The translations under genes were made by a program, and so were the position numbers. Positions 1-13,889 of a DNA stretch of 64,000 bases are shown piece after piece; positions within the stretch are counted from its first letter, which is position 1; each line of letters starts with the position of its first letter. The stretch is from the human T2T-CHM13v2.0 reference genome, Homo sapiens: NCBI RefSeq assembly GCF_009914755.1, contig NC_060941.1. One strand, written 5' to 3'. The notes under the pieces are model-generated. The model was not told the DNA's origin and did no database searches. It saw only the letters and a list, made by a program, of their open reading frames with translations.

Positions 1-1496
1 AGCTTGTAACCGTATGATTCGGTTGATCATATAAATGGGGATCCGGTATCCCCACGAGCCATCTTGTGCCTAAGTAGCAGGCCCATAATACTGTATGATT
101 CTCTCAGGGGGCCATTTATCATTGTTTCAATTTCTTATAGCTATGCTTTTCACGGGAAGCATAGACAGGGAAGCCCAGGAGTTCTCCTGTTTTTATGGAC
201 AGTAGGAAGAAAGATGGTTTAATAGTGCCAATAACACAACTACTTGTCAGGCAGCTTAGTGTAGGCTCTATGTCCACATATCCAGTATAGCCCAGTGGGG
301 GCTGTCCAGTCCCGGTGGGATTCTGGGTGGGCCTAAACGGTCTGCGACTTTGGAAATTTACTGAATGGATTTTTCTCTGTGTGGTTTGAACTCCACCATG
401 TAGTCTTCCTACAGGAAGGGTGAAGTCCTTCTCCACTCTTGCTATATAGTATTGTCTAATGATTGAGGCTTTTAGGACCCAGAAATTATCAGGGTGATTC
501 TTTTGAGCTGGGAATTCATCAGGAACTGGGTCTGTAGGTACTAATTCTCGGGCTTCCCATGGCCATTGATCTGCTATTACAGTTCCTCCACATACATAAC
601 ATGAAGTGACAGTGAGAGACTGGGCTACATGCTCGGCTAATTGCAAAAACAAATTTCTTGTTTTTCCTGGAAATTCTGTTATTGGCACATTTAGTTCATC
701 ATAGAAAGTTTGAAACACTGGCTCAAGAGAGCATTTGTAAACTTCTCCTCGAACCAAGATATTTACTCGGGGATTCAGTCCAGCCCCATTGATTCCTAAG
801 GTCACACGCTACTCTTTTTTCCAGCGAGGATCAAGGGGATTGGTTATTACTAGCTCTAAGGGGTTACATTGTCCCTTAGCACAGGAAGGGCCATTTTTTT
901 CCTTTCTGAAGGTGGACTGGATCCTTTTCATTTTTTTTAAATCCAAGTGGCCTAAATGACACAAGACCAGTATTTACATTTATTTCCACACAGTCCTAAT
1001 TTATGACAGATGTACTTATTTTCTGCCATATAGCCTCTTTTCTAATTAAGAGAACCACACTTTATTCCTAACTTATTACTATTAATGACAGCACAGGCAT
1101 CAAATTTTAAGGTGACTTGTTTGGGCACCCCTTTTTCTTCTGTTTTGGCTAACACTTTACTCATATCATTTATGAGCCCCCACCAGTCCTCAGTCCTTAA
1201 TCTTATTTTAAAAACCGTGGTCATGGGAGGCTCAGATGGGTCATAACACACATCAGGTTGGTCACTTCCTGGGCTACATACCTTGTACAGAATAACATTA
1301 TACAAACAAGTTATTTTTAGAGTTCCAGTACACTTATAATAACCATAAAATAATAGGACTGTAGCAACCTTTTGTCCTACCTCAGTGACTTGATGTATAC
1401 ACTGGAACAGTCCTCAGTCTGAGGAAGGTCAGTTGAAGTCCTTACTGTAAAAGTCCAAATTTTAAGGAAAATGAGTTCCGCAATGAGTTTTCTCAT
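1..1496 (-). pseudogene. Degenerate HERV-E-type env (SU region)
   Basis: ATG at 1496-1494 starts MRKLIAELIFLKIWTFTVRTSTDLPQ; ORF fragments 1042-1305 (YKVCSPG...FDACAVIN) and 119-805 (KTRNLFLQLAEHVAQSL.VTSCYVCGG...WPWEARE) are broken by frameshifts. Confidence 0.85.
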
Positions 1497-1559
1497 GCTT
1501 CGGCCGTGCGTGGACCAGTCAGCTTCTGGGTGTGACTGGAGCAGAGCTTGTCGTCTTCT

Positions 1560-2112
1560 TCAGAGTCACTTTGCAGGGGTTGGCGAAGCTACTCCCGTCC
1601 ACGTACCCCTCACAGTCTACTGATGTTTAAGGATAGTCTCGGAGGTTGGGCCTGCTAGAATAAACTGAGTCCAACACCTCTACACAGTATGTTCAACTAG
1701 GCTCTCTGATACCAGGAGCAAGGTGGTGGGGTTTAGGGTGTTGCAAACTTCAGTGGTTATGTGGGGATTTTCACATAGCAAGCTTTGGTACTTGGTTAAT
1801 CTAGCATTTGTAACCAATGAGGTCCTTTGGTAGTCATTAAAGTTACCACAGCATGGGGGGCCTTTATATTCAGGTTTTCCTAAGGGTTAGTTTATCTGCT
1901 TCTTGTGCTAACAGGGCTGTTGCTGCTAGGGCCCTTAGACCTGGGGGCCAGCCTTTGGAAATCCTGTCTAGTTGTTTTGAGAGATAGGCCACTGGCCTTG
2001 GCCAGGGCCTCACAGTATGGGTTAAAACTCCAACTGCCATTTTTTCTCTTTCTGACACATAGAGTGTAAAGAGTTTTGTCAGGTCAGGTAGCCTCAGGGC
2101 TGGGACCAACAT
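1560..2112 (-). pseudogene. Retroviral pol fragment (RT connection to RNase H start, fused to IN end)
   Basis: ORF 1870-2112 PALRLPDLTKLFTLYVSERE...RPVAYLSKQLD...GWPP.LRALAATALL is the gammaretroviral RT thumb/connection motif; VEVLDSVYSSRPNLRD near 1640-1690. Confidence 0.85.
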
Positions 2113-2238
2113 GAGGTTTTCTTTTAACTCATGAAAACCTCGTTGTTGTTGGTTGTAATAGATGTAGTTTATCTAATCTACATTTTTATTAACTGTCACC
2201 CACTAAAATATTGACTTAAATCCTGCAGCTATTTGATT

Positions 2239-3500
2239 TCAAGCTTTAAATTGATCTGGTATTCTTCGTGGGACTCCAATTGCATCTAAATAGACATGAG
2301 AGTCGAAAGACCCATAAGGGGCTTCTCTCGCTTTACAATGTCTTTCTTTTTTTCCTTCTGGTTGATGAAATGCCAGGGTGAAAGGGATAGCCAATTGGAC
2401 TAAAGTACAAGTGCCACTCCAGTTATTTGGCAGAGTGCCCAGTAAAGGTCCACCACAATACCACCACACATCTGCTCGGGGATGAACAAGGGCTGACTGA
2501 TTGATAAGCTCTTGAAAATTCTTAAGCTAACTGCATCCTTTCAGGTCTCCAAGGAACGCTAAGTTTCCTCCCTGTTGTGAGAGACATGAAGTGAACTTAG
2601 TGTTGGGAGATGGAGGATGGATGGCCCTCGGGGGCTGACCCGCAGGGTGCTGGACTTTGGGATATAGCAGAGAGAGCTTGGCATGACTTATTAATACAGG
2701 CTGTAGAATCCTGGAAAAGAGCTACCAGGCAGCCCACATCTGGTCGACTGGAGGACCACCTTAGTGGAAAGGGGACAATCTGGGCCTCTGGCCTGCCATG
2801 TGCACAAGCATAACAATTGCTTTTGTTTAACGTGCAGATGGAATATTTGATGCATTTTAACCAGGCATTTGCATCTTGGTATCCTGTCTTCATTGGTAAA
2901 GTTTGTTTTAACTCTTTAACTTCTATGATCCTCTAGTAAAACGAATGTATGGTTTTAGGAAATTACAAAAACTGGTTGGGGCAGTCCATTCTTGCTCTTT
3001 AGTGGTCCACAGAACGTTGGACCAACTACGGCATAAAAACTCTACATCAGGGGACAAGACTCCTGGTTGGCACTGGGGTCTTTATCGAAATCTCCCTGGA
3101 TTAAATGGTCCTAGTTTACTAATGTCCAGTCTGAGGAGAGTCAGGAGGGACAGAAGTACTTTTCTGAAGTAGAGAGCTGTCTTTGACTTGGCAAGTCCCC
3201 ACAGGGTATAACAAGGCAAGCATTAAATGCAATAGTTTGAGGTGAAATTGACTTGGTTATGTTAATAACTAGATGGTCAGCAATAGCACGAGGAAAGAAA
3301 GAAGAGTAATAGAATAGATGAAAAGAGATTTTTCGTAGCTTTAGTTTGGCAGGGTTTTCCTCTGGGACTGTGGCCCATGACTCTGGAGGGGGTGGCACTT
3401 TCTTGATTCTGGTGTGACGAGTCCATCCTTTTTTGCTGTACGAACAGCAGTCTTGGTGGTTAGCAACACAAGGTAGGGTCCTTCCAGGCTGGCTCGAGTT
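2239..3500 (-). pseudogene. Integrase C-terminus plus a second, different env fragment (HERV-I/IP-like)
   Basis: GPYLVLLTTKTAVRTAKKGWT (IN end, about 3420-3480); env fragments NAWL..IKYS..TLNKSNCYACAHGRPEAQIVPFPL (2597-2893) and WWYCGG..LP.NWSGTCTLVQLAIPFTLAF...YLDAIGVPR.IPDQFKA (2239-2469). Confidence 0.75.
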
Positions 3501-4627
3501 TTTCTTCTTTCCACCTTTCGATGAGAATGTGATCTTCAGGCTGGTGCTGGTTTACTAGAAATTCTAGGGGTGGTACATGTGCTAAAAGACTTTTAGTTTT
3601 TGAGAGAAAGGAAAGTGGAAAATAAACCAAGCATATAATTCTAAGGAACTGACCTTTTGTTTTAAATGTGGGGACCTTGGCAGTGGACTTTATAGTCCTT
3701 AGTGCCTTTTTCCTGAGAAATTTCCTTTAGCACCTATTTTTATTAGTTTTTAAACCAAAGAAAGCCAAATACCATTTTACATTTAACAGTGCTTCTCGTA
3801 TGATTTTTATACCAGATAAGCTAAATTTTATCTTTATATTAGTGTGTTATTAATATTAAACTTAATTTTAATAAAACCTTGTAGACATATGTATCTAATT
3901 GTTAATGTTTGACCATAAGGTAAGATTTTATAGATTCTTTTTAACCCTTTATAATTTTTGCAAAAGAGCAGGTTGGTGCTTTAAGAAAAAACCTGTTATG
4001 CTTTTACTTTAATGTCCAGTTCACAGAAAAACTGGATGATACTTCTTTAACTTTAGCTAATATGTTTACACACAGAATTTTCTTTACAATTAACATTTTG
4101 AAACTTGCTTAAATCTTCAAAACAATAATTATTTTTAACCTTTTAATGTAGGTGAAAATGTACATTCTTATGCCTCCTTACAATTCTTTTACCAAAGATA
4201 TATTTTACTTTTCTTATACACCTTGCATATAAACTGTTTTTTTTTTTCAACAGTTTTACATTCAGGAGGCCTAGTTACTTTTAAATTATACAACATTTTT
4301 TGCATAAATTTTTTTATAACATTTTTCTCTTTCGTGACTTTCGCAGACAATTCTTCGATATGCCTCAACTTTCTGACTTATTACAAATATTTATTTCTTT
4401 AAACAACCAGTTAATTTGTTTCAGGACAAGAATTTACCATATAATACTCTTTTTATATAAATTCCGCCCCCCCTTTTTTTCCTTTTTTTTTTCGAAGATG
4501 ATAACCATTCTTTTCCAAAGCGAACCTTTTTTGTGTCTGTGGACTAGACTGTCTAAGGCCACAAGAATATAAGTTACTATATACATGTTACACTGTTAAC
4601 TTTTAGCAAACTTTAGTTGAAAACCTT

Positions 4628-4704
4628 TAAAAAAAATTTTAAAAAAATGCATGTTGTGCACATGTACCCTAAAACTTAAAGTATAATAATAATAATAATA
4701 AAAA
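4628..4704 (+). mobile_element. Very short 5'-truncated L1PA 3' end inserted in the ERV
   Basis: tgcatgttgtgcacatgtaccctaaaacttaaagtataataat plus an A-rich tail; flanking direct repeat gaaaacctt at 4619-4627 and 4705-4713. Confidence 0.8.
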
Positions 4705-4799
4705 GAAAACCTTGTAAGTTTGGGATTTTAATTATCCTTTGCTATTAATAAGACCTTGTTTTGTCTAAATTAGAATTGGTATAGATGGCTTTTTTTTCT

Positions 4800-5030
4800 T
4801 AACTTTGTATCTCTCTCTCTTTCTCTCTTTCTTTCTCTCTTTGACTTTGTCTCTCTCTTTGACTTTCCTTTTGCCTCTGTCTCTTCCTCTCTCTCTCTGT
4901 GTGTGTGTGTCTCTCTCTCTCTCTCTCTCTCTCTATCCTTGACTCTCTGTCTGTCTCTTCCTGTCTCTTCCTCTCTCTCTTTTCCTCTTTTCCTCTCTGT
5001 CTCTTTCCTTTCTCTCTCTCTGCTGGTCTT
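4800..5030. repeat. CT/GT-rich low-complexity tract in the ERV leader
   Basis: (TC)n and (TG)n runs read directly. Confidence 0.9.
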
Positions 5031-5540
5031 TCCTTGCCTCTGCCAGCCACTTATGCTGCTGTTCTCTCAACCACTATGTGTTGGGGGTGGGGGGTCTAAA
5101 ACCAGCTCTAATCAAGTGTCTCTGTAAGGGAACTGGTCTGGGTTCCTTGGCTTATAGGTTACCTTGTGCCATACCTTTGAAACAAGGGACCTGTCCAGGC
5201 TTCCTTCTAATGGCCAACCTACCTCTAATGCTGGCCAGTCTATCTTACACAAAGTTTTAAGTTTTCCTGGTGTCATAGCACTCCATAGTCTCCCTCAGAT
5301 TCTTTTTTGAAATTTGTCAACATAGTTCCTAGTGGGGTGGGCTTATTCGTGCCTGACCTATGCTTCTTCAAGACAAAACACCACGCTCACACCACAAACA
5401 CACCACAAAACAAAGAACCGGTAAAAAGGGCGCACACACAGTTTTGCAGTTTGCACCAAACCAAAATCAGAGTATCCAGAAATCCAAGCCAGGTCAAAAC
5501 CAAAACCAAAGTATCAAGCAATCCAAGTCAAGTCAAAAAC

Positions 5541-5727
5541 AAAAACCAAAGTGCCAGGAGAGGCACACCATGGGTGATCAGGCCACACTTCCACTCAAAT
5601 GGAGTAGGCAAGTTCCCAAGACCAATCCTGTCAAGCAATTCAAACCAAAACCAAAGTGCCAATAAAGGCACACCATGGGTGATCAGGCCATGCTTCCACT
5701 CAAATGGAGTGGGCAAGTTTCAAAGAC
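5541..5727. repeat. Two-copy direct repeat (period about 105 bp) in the ERV leader
   Basis: aaaaccaaagtgcc...ggcacaccatgggtgatcaggcca..cttccactcaaatggagt.ggcaagtt occurs at about 5542 and 5647. Confidence 0.85.
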
Positions 5728-5979
5728 TACTCTTACCAAGTTTTAGATGTCCAGACTCCAAGTGCCCGTTCCTTCCCGGTGTTCAGCCACTGCGTTGATC
5801 CTCCATGGGGGCCTGCCATACAGTGCTCTGGCGAGGCGTCCCAGTGGGGCAAATGCCTAACCAGGAGCGCCCTCAGGATCCGTGTTGCTCGGGCTGGTTG
5901 GAGTCCCCTGCAGGGATGTTCCACAGGGCAGGTTTAAGCCGCCTAAGGAGCTGCCTTGACCATCCGCCATTCACCTCGC

Positions 5980-5997
5980 TTCCCAGTCAGGGAACCA
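5980..5997 (-). promoter_or_regulatory. Primer binding site, tRNA-Glu
   Basis: Plus strand ttcccagtcagggaacca equals the tRNA-Glu 3' end (ttcccggtcagggaacca) with one mismatch, adjacent to the LTR. Confidence 0.9.
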
Positions 5998-6002
5998 AGA
6001 AA

Positions 6003-6455
6003 TCGAGCTGCAGACAAAACTTATCAGACACCGAGTTAAAGAAGGAAGGGGTTTATTAGGCCAGGGGCATCGGCAAGACTCCGGTCTCAAGAGCCAAGCT
6101 CCCCGAGTGAGCAATTCCTGTCCCTTTTAAGGGCTCACAACTCTAAGGGGGTGCACGTGAGAGGGTCGTGATCAATTGAGCAAGCAGGGGGTACGTGACT
6201 GGGGGCTGCATGCACCAGTAACTAGATCGGAACAAAACAGGAAAGGCATTGTCACAGTGCTTTTCTATACAATGTCTGTAATCTATAGATAACATACCAA
6301 TCAGGTCAGGGGTTGATTTTTAACTACCAGGCCCAGGGTGTGGCACCTGGGGTGTCTGCTTGTGGATGTCATTTCTGCCCTTTAGTTTTTACTTTTTCTT
6401 TCTTTGGAGGCAGAAATTGGGCATAAGACAATATGAGGGGTGGTCTCCTCCCTTA
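6003..6455 (-). mobile_element. LTR2 (HERV-E/Harlequin 5' LTR)
   Basis: Minus strand begins taagggaggagaccacccctcatattgtcttatgccc; TATA-like ccttaaaagg at about 6122-6131; AATAAA at 6057-6052. Confidence 0.9.
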
Positions 6456-6557
6456 CACCATGTTAGCCAGGATGGTCTCGATCTCCTGACCTCGTGATCT
6501 GCCTGCCTCGGCCCCCCAGAGTGCTGGGATTACAGGTGTGAGCCACAGCCCCCGGCC
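6456..6557 (-). mobile_element. Alu left-arm fragment cut by the ERV insertion
   Basis: caccatgttagccaggatggtctcgatctcctgacc...cccggcc begins exactly at the LTR edge. Confidence 0.85.
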
Positions 6558-6925
6558 TCATTCATGATTTATTTTGCCATTTCAAGTGATGGAGCTGGTT
6601 TTAGAGCTAGAAGAAAACCAAAATGCCAGTTAATCTAAACTAGATTCCTGCCCCAGTGCAGAACCAATCAAGACAGGGTCCCTGTCTTTCAGGGACCACA
6701 GGATTTGTGTTGAAGAGGAGAGGAGTGGGAGAGGCAGAGTGGATGGAGAACAAGGATTCATTTTCTATACTTTTAAAGTTCTTCAGTTAAGAAAATCAGC
6801 AATTACAATAGCCTAATCTTATTAGACATGTCTTTTCCTCCCTTCTATGTAAGGTCAATTCTGTTCATTTGCATAGGAGATAATCATATAGGAATCCCAA
6901 ATTAATACCCTCTTCTGGTGACTTA

Positions 6926-7027
<102 letters not shown>

Positions 7028-7111
7028 TTAACACATTAGAAAAACATGTATCTTTTAAAAAGGTTTAGAAAAATGACAACTTCATTTTATCATTTTAAAA
7101 TAAGGTAAATT

Positions 7112-7418
7112 GGGCTGGGCGTGGTGGCTCACGCCTGTAATCACAGCACTTAGGGAGGCCGAGGCGGGCGGATGACCTGAGGTCGGGAGTTCAAGACCAG
7201 CCTGACCAATACGGAGAAACCTCGTTTCTACTAAAAATACAAAAAAATGAGCCAGGCATGGTGGTGCATGCGTGTAATCCCAGCTACTCGGGAGCTGAGG
7301 CAGGAGAATCGCTTGAACCCACGAGTCAGAGGTTGCGGTGAGCCCAAATCACGCCATTACACTCCAGCCTGGGCAACAAGAGCGAAGCTCCGTCTCAAAA
7401 ATAAATAAAATAAAATAA
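7112..7418 (+). mobile_element. Alu (full length, AluS-type)
   Basis: Dimeric Alu with A-rich tail; taaaataaggtaaatt repeated on both sides. Confidence 0.9.
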
Positions 7419-7923
7419 GGTAAATTTAAGATTTGGAAGGTTTTAGAATAATACAAAATCCTTTAAAGGTTCTAGAAGTTGCTTTTTGTAATTAGACAAT
7501 ATAAATTCTGTATTTTTTCACATATTGCTTCCAACCCTTTGGGTCTTTTCCTTTCTCCAAGAAAGAGAAAGCTACAGGGGAGTGACTGACCGGGTAAGTG
7601 GTGAGCTTTCTCCAATGCTTCTGGCTGTTTTCTTTTTCTTGCATAAAACCAAAATCAACAACGACCAAACCAACACCAATCAAGGCCTCCCTGCCCCTAG
7701 CCTTTCCCAGCGACCCACTCTCATCTCAGGATCCCCCTCAAGCACATCCCTGCCGGCAGCATCTGTTACTACTGACGCTCCTCTACTTCCCTCTTGCGCT
7801 TTCTCAATAGCACAAATGGATCCAGTTCTTAAGTTCTCCCTCCCACAAAATCCTGTCTCCTCCCCTTCCCAGACATATTCCTGGCACTTCTTCTTCCGCA
7901 AGGGCCCATCTTCTCATATATAC

Positions 7924-8355
7924 CAGCCGGTGTTTATTTCTTTGTTTGTTTTTGAGACGGAGTGTCGTTCTGCCACCCAGGCTGGAGTGCAATGGCGCGA
8001 TCTCGGCTCACTGCAACCTCCGCCTCCTGGGTTCAAGCGATTCTCCTGCCTCAGCTCCTGAGTAGCTGGCGCGCGCCACCACGCCCGGCTAATTTTTGTA
8101 TTTTTAGTAGAGACGGGGTTTCACCATGATGGTCAGGCTGGTCTCGAACTCCTGACCTCGTGATCCATCCGCCTTGGCCTCCCAAAGTGCTAGGAATACA
8201 GGCGTAAGCCACCATCCCCGGCGACCAGCTGATGTTCTTATACACATGGTGTCCCCTTCAAGGCACATTCCAGTTCCTATCAGGAGGATTCCTCCTCGGA
8301 CACACTGTGCCCCCAACCTGATCCTTAGTGCTTCCCTCGAGACCTACAAACTGCC
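7924..8355 (-). pseudogene. BRCA1P1: BRCA1P1 exon 1b-like (contains an Alu at about 7935-8222)
   Basis: Starts ggcagtttgtaggtc and ends aaacaccggctg|gtatat, like BRCA1 exon 1b as I recall it. Confidence 0.75.
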
Positions 8356-8513
8356 CCCTTCCCCGGGGGGTTCACAACGCCTTATGCCTCTCAGGTTCCG
8401 CCCCCGCCCCTCGCATAAGAATACCCATCTGCCTAGCTTCGGAAATTCACTTTCCCCCGCCCGTCCCCCGGAGCATCCCTTGGGCCCCTGTCCCTTTCCC
8501 GGGGCTCTTCTAC

Positions 8514-9060
8514 CTTAACCCAGAGCAGAGGGTGCAGGCCTCCTGAGCCCAGGGGCCCAGTTATCTGAGAAACCCCACGGCCTGTTCCCCGTCCAGAACG
8601 TCTCAGCGAGCTCACGACGCGCAGTCACGTTTTTTTCCCCCCCTCTACATTGCAGATGTGGCTCCCAATGTTGACGTTGGCCAGGACCTTTGCAAACAAG
8701 CCAGGCCAAAAAGTTTCAATATTTACACTGGCTGCTTTAATAAGGGCATTGATCTTATCCTCCGTAAAGGTCACCTCATAGTCCTGCAGAATGAGGGCAG
8801 AGTAGATGCAGGCAAGCTGGGAGACGGAGGCCATAGCGCGGGCGAGTGTGGGGCTGGGGCTGCCGGACGCGGTGCTACTCACCGGATGAAGTGAGGGTCT
8901 CACCCCAACGCGGCCTTAGCTTCCTCGGAAGGACCGAACACCTTGGCGGCAGCCGAGGAAAGGGGTTCCACAGTTTTAATTTATCTGTAATTCCCACGCT
9001 TTACTGTTGCCACGGAAACCGCTGAGCAATAGCCTCTCAGAATAGGAAATCAAGACACAG
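8514..9060 (-). pseudogene. BRCA1P1: BRCA1P1 exon 1a-like, interrupted by the RPLP1 retrocopy
   Basis: gggaattacagataaattaaaac...gtgagctcgctgagac...ctctgctctgggttaag|gtagaa matches BRCA1 exon 1a. Confidence 0.85.
8630..8965 (-). pseudogene. Processed pseudogene of RPLP1 (acidic ribosomal protein P1), 3'-truncated
   Basis: Intronless; begins with the 5'TOP ccctttcc; [38 protein letters not shown]...[11 protein letters not shown]; short A tract; inserted at tt/aaaa. Confidence 0.92.
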
Positions 9061-9189
9061 TCAGAGGAAGGGCGGGACAGAAAGAGCCTAGCATCTCTCG
9101 GGGCTCTGGGTTGGCCACCCAGTCCTCCCCTGGTGACATAAAAAGAAAGAGACGGAAAAGGAAGAATTCTACCTGAGTTCGCCGTAAAG

Positions 9190-9368
9190 CGCCCGCCCTC
9201 TCGCCTCTACGCTTCCAGTTGCGGCTTATTACGTCACAGTAATTGCTGTACCAAGGTCAGAATCGCCACCTGAGGCCTGAATATCAGCGTAAGATAGTGT
9301 CCAAAGCAGTCTTAAGAAGAGGTCCCATTACCCCACTCTTTCCGCCCTAATGGAGGTCTCCAGTTTAG
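9190..9368 (+). other. NBR1: NBR1 non-coding exon 1A (start approximate)
   Basis: Donor tttag|gtaaat at 9368/9369; position is paralogous to NBR2 exon 1. Confidence 0.55.
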
Positions 9369-9919
9369 GTAAATAAAAGGATTGTTGGGAGGTGGAGGGA
9401 AAGAACTACTATTTCCAACATGCATTGCGGAACGAAAGGCCTTGGCCACACTGTTCCTTGGAAACTGTAGTCTTATGGAGAGGAACATCCAATACCAAAG
9501 CGGGCACAATTCTCACGGAAATCCAGTGGATAGATTGGAGACCTCCGCGGGCTTATACATGTCAACAGTAATGGATTGGAGTGTTGTTATGTTCTCCTAT
9601 CTTGAGAGCAGAGACTAGGCCAAAAAAAGATACCTACAACTCCTAGGAAGACTACGATTCCCATCCAGCCCCACGAGTCTCGGGCAAGTAGTCCTCTAAG
9701 GTCAGTGGCCTGCGGGGACGCAGTGGGCGCCGAATTTGCCTGGGGAAGGGGAAATCCGCTCTGGCCCACATCTGCGCACTCCTAGTTCCGCCCCTCAGCC
9801 TCAATGTTTGTTATTGTTGTTCGGGTTCAGGTTGCTTCTGCCCCGCCCCATCGACGCAATCTCCACCAATCAATGGCGTGGTCGTTTTGAGGGACAAGTG
9901 GTGAGAGCCAATCATCTTG

Positions 9920-10059
9920 GCGAACACTCGGAGAAACAGGGGACTAGTTACTGTCTTTATCCGCCATGTTAGATTCACCCCACAGGGATAGCGGCAGAGC
10001 CGGTAGCGGACGGTCCTTGCATTGGCCTCCGGCAGGCGCCCCCCGGGGGCGGGAAGCTG
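9920..10059 (+). other. NBR1: NBR1 non-coding exon 1B (start approximate)
   Basis: Strong donor gctg|gtaagg at 10059/10060 downstream of CCAAT and GC boxes. Confidence 0.75.
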
Positions 10060-10568
10060 GTAAGGAAGCAGCTGCGGTTACCTAGGGGTGGGGTCACGTC
10101 ACGCTAAGAGGGTTTGGGGAAGTTCAAGGGAGGAATCCTGCAAAGAAGAGGGGCGACTTTTTCCGTGTTTCGGGACAGCTAATCTTTTTAGTGACAGGAT
10201 GAGAGAGCCCTTCATGTTCAGAGGGACCGAGTTGGCGAGAAGCGCCGGAGAGTTGGAGAGTCTGTGGGTCAGAACATCCGGCTTCTACTGATGGAAGGCC
10301 ACGACTCCCCAGTGGAATGAGGGCCTAGGCAAAGAAAATGAGAGAGCCCTCGGGGTAGTGACACTGTCTTGGGAACATGGAGTGCTAGGAAACGAAAACT
10401 GGAAGACTAGGATGAACTCTGCAAGTAAAAAAATGACACTACTTACACATCCTTCTCATCCCATCCTCGTTTTTTCGAGACCTTAAAGAGATCTCCTTGG
10501 TTAGGGACCTTCGGTTTTGGAAAGGCACTGTTTTTCCTTTTTGTCAAACACTCAGCTTTCAGGCCACA

Positions 10569-13889
<3,321 letters not shown>

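Larger units (their letters stand above)
1..6455 (-). mobile_element. Endogenous retrovirus, Harlequin/HERV-E-type mosaic provirus (5' LTR plus internal region; 3' end lies outside the window)
   Basis: LTR2-like sequence at 6003-6455, tRNA-Glu PBS at 5980-5997, fragmented pol/IN and two distinct env segments on the minus strand; no gag ORF seen. Confidence 0.9.
8300..10270. promoter_or_regulatory. CpG island and bidirectional BRCA1P1/NBR1 promoter
   Basis: High CpG density; GGAA ETS pair at 9154-9164, CRE ttacgtca at 9229-9236, CCAAT at 9866-9870 and 9908-9912, GC boxes, YY1 motif ccgccatgtt at 9961-9970. Confidence 0.85.

Noticed and set aside
119-805. 228-aa env ORF as a possible domesticated envelope
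   Set aside because: No signal peptide in frame, frameshifts on both sides and no TM subunit within the ORF.
4799-5127. RE-rich and SL-rich ORFs
   Set aside because: Artefacts of the (GA)n/(TC)n tract.
5455-5727. Repeat-spacer-like pattern (aaaaccaaag units)
   Set aside because: Irregular ERV leader repeats in a eukaryotic genome; no constant repeat or spacer length and no cas genes.
5980-5997. tRNA-like 3' end
   Set aside because: Only 18 nt next to an LTR, so it is a primer binding site and not a tRNA gene.
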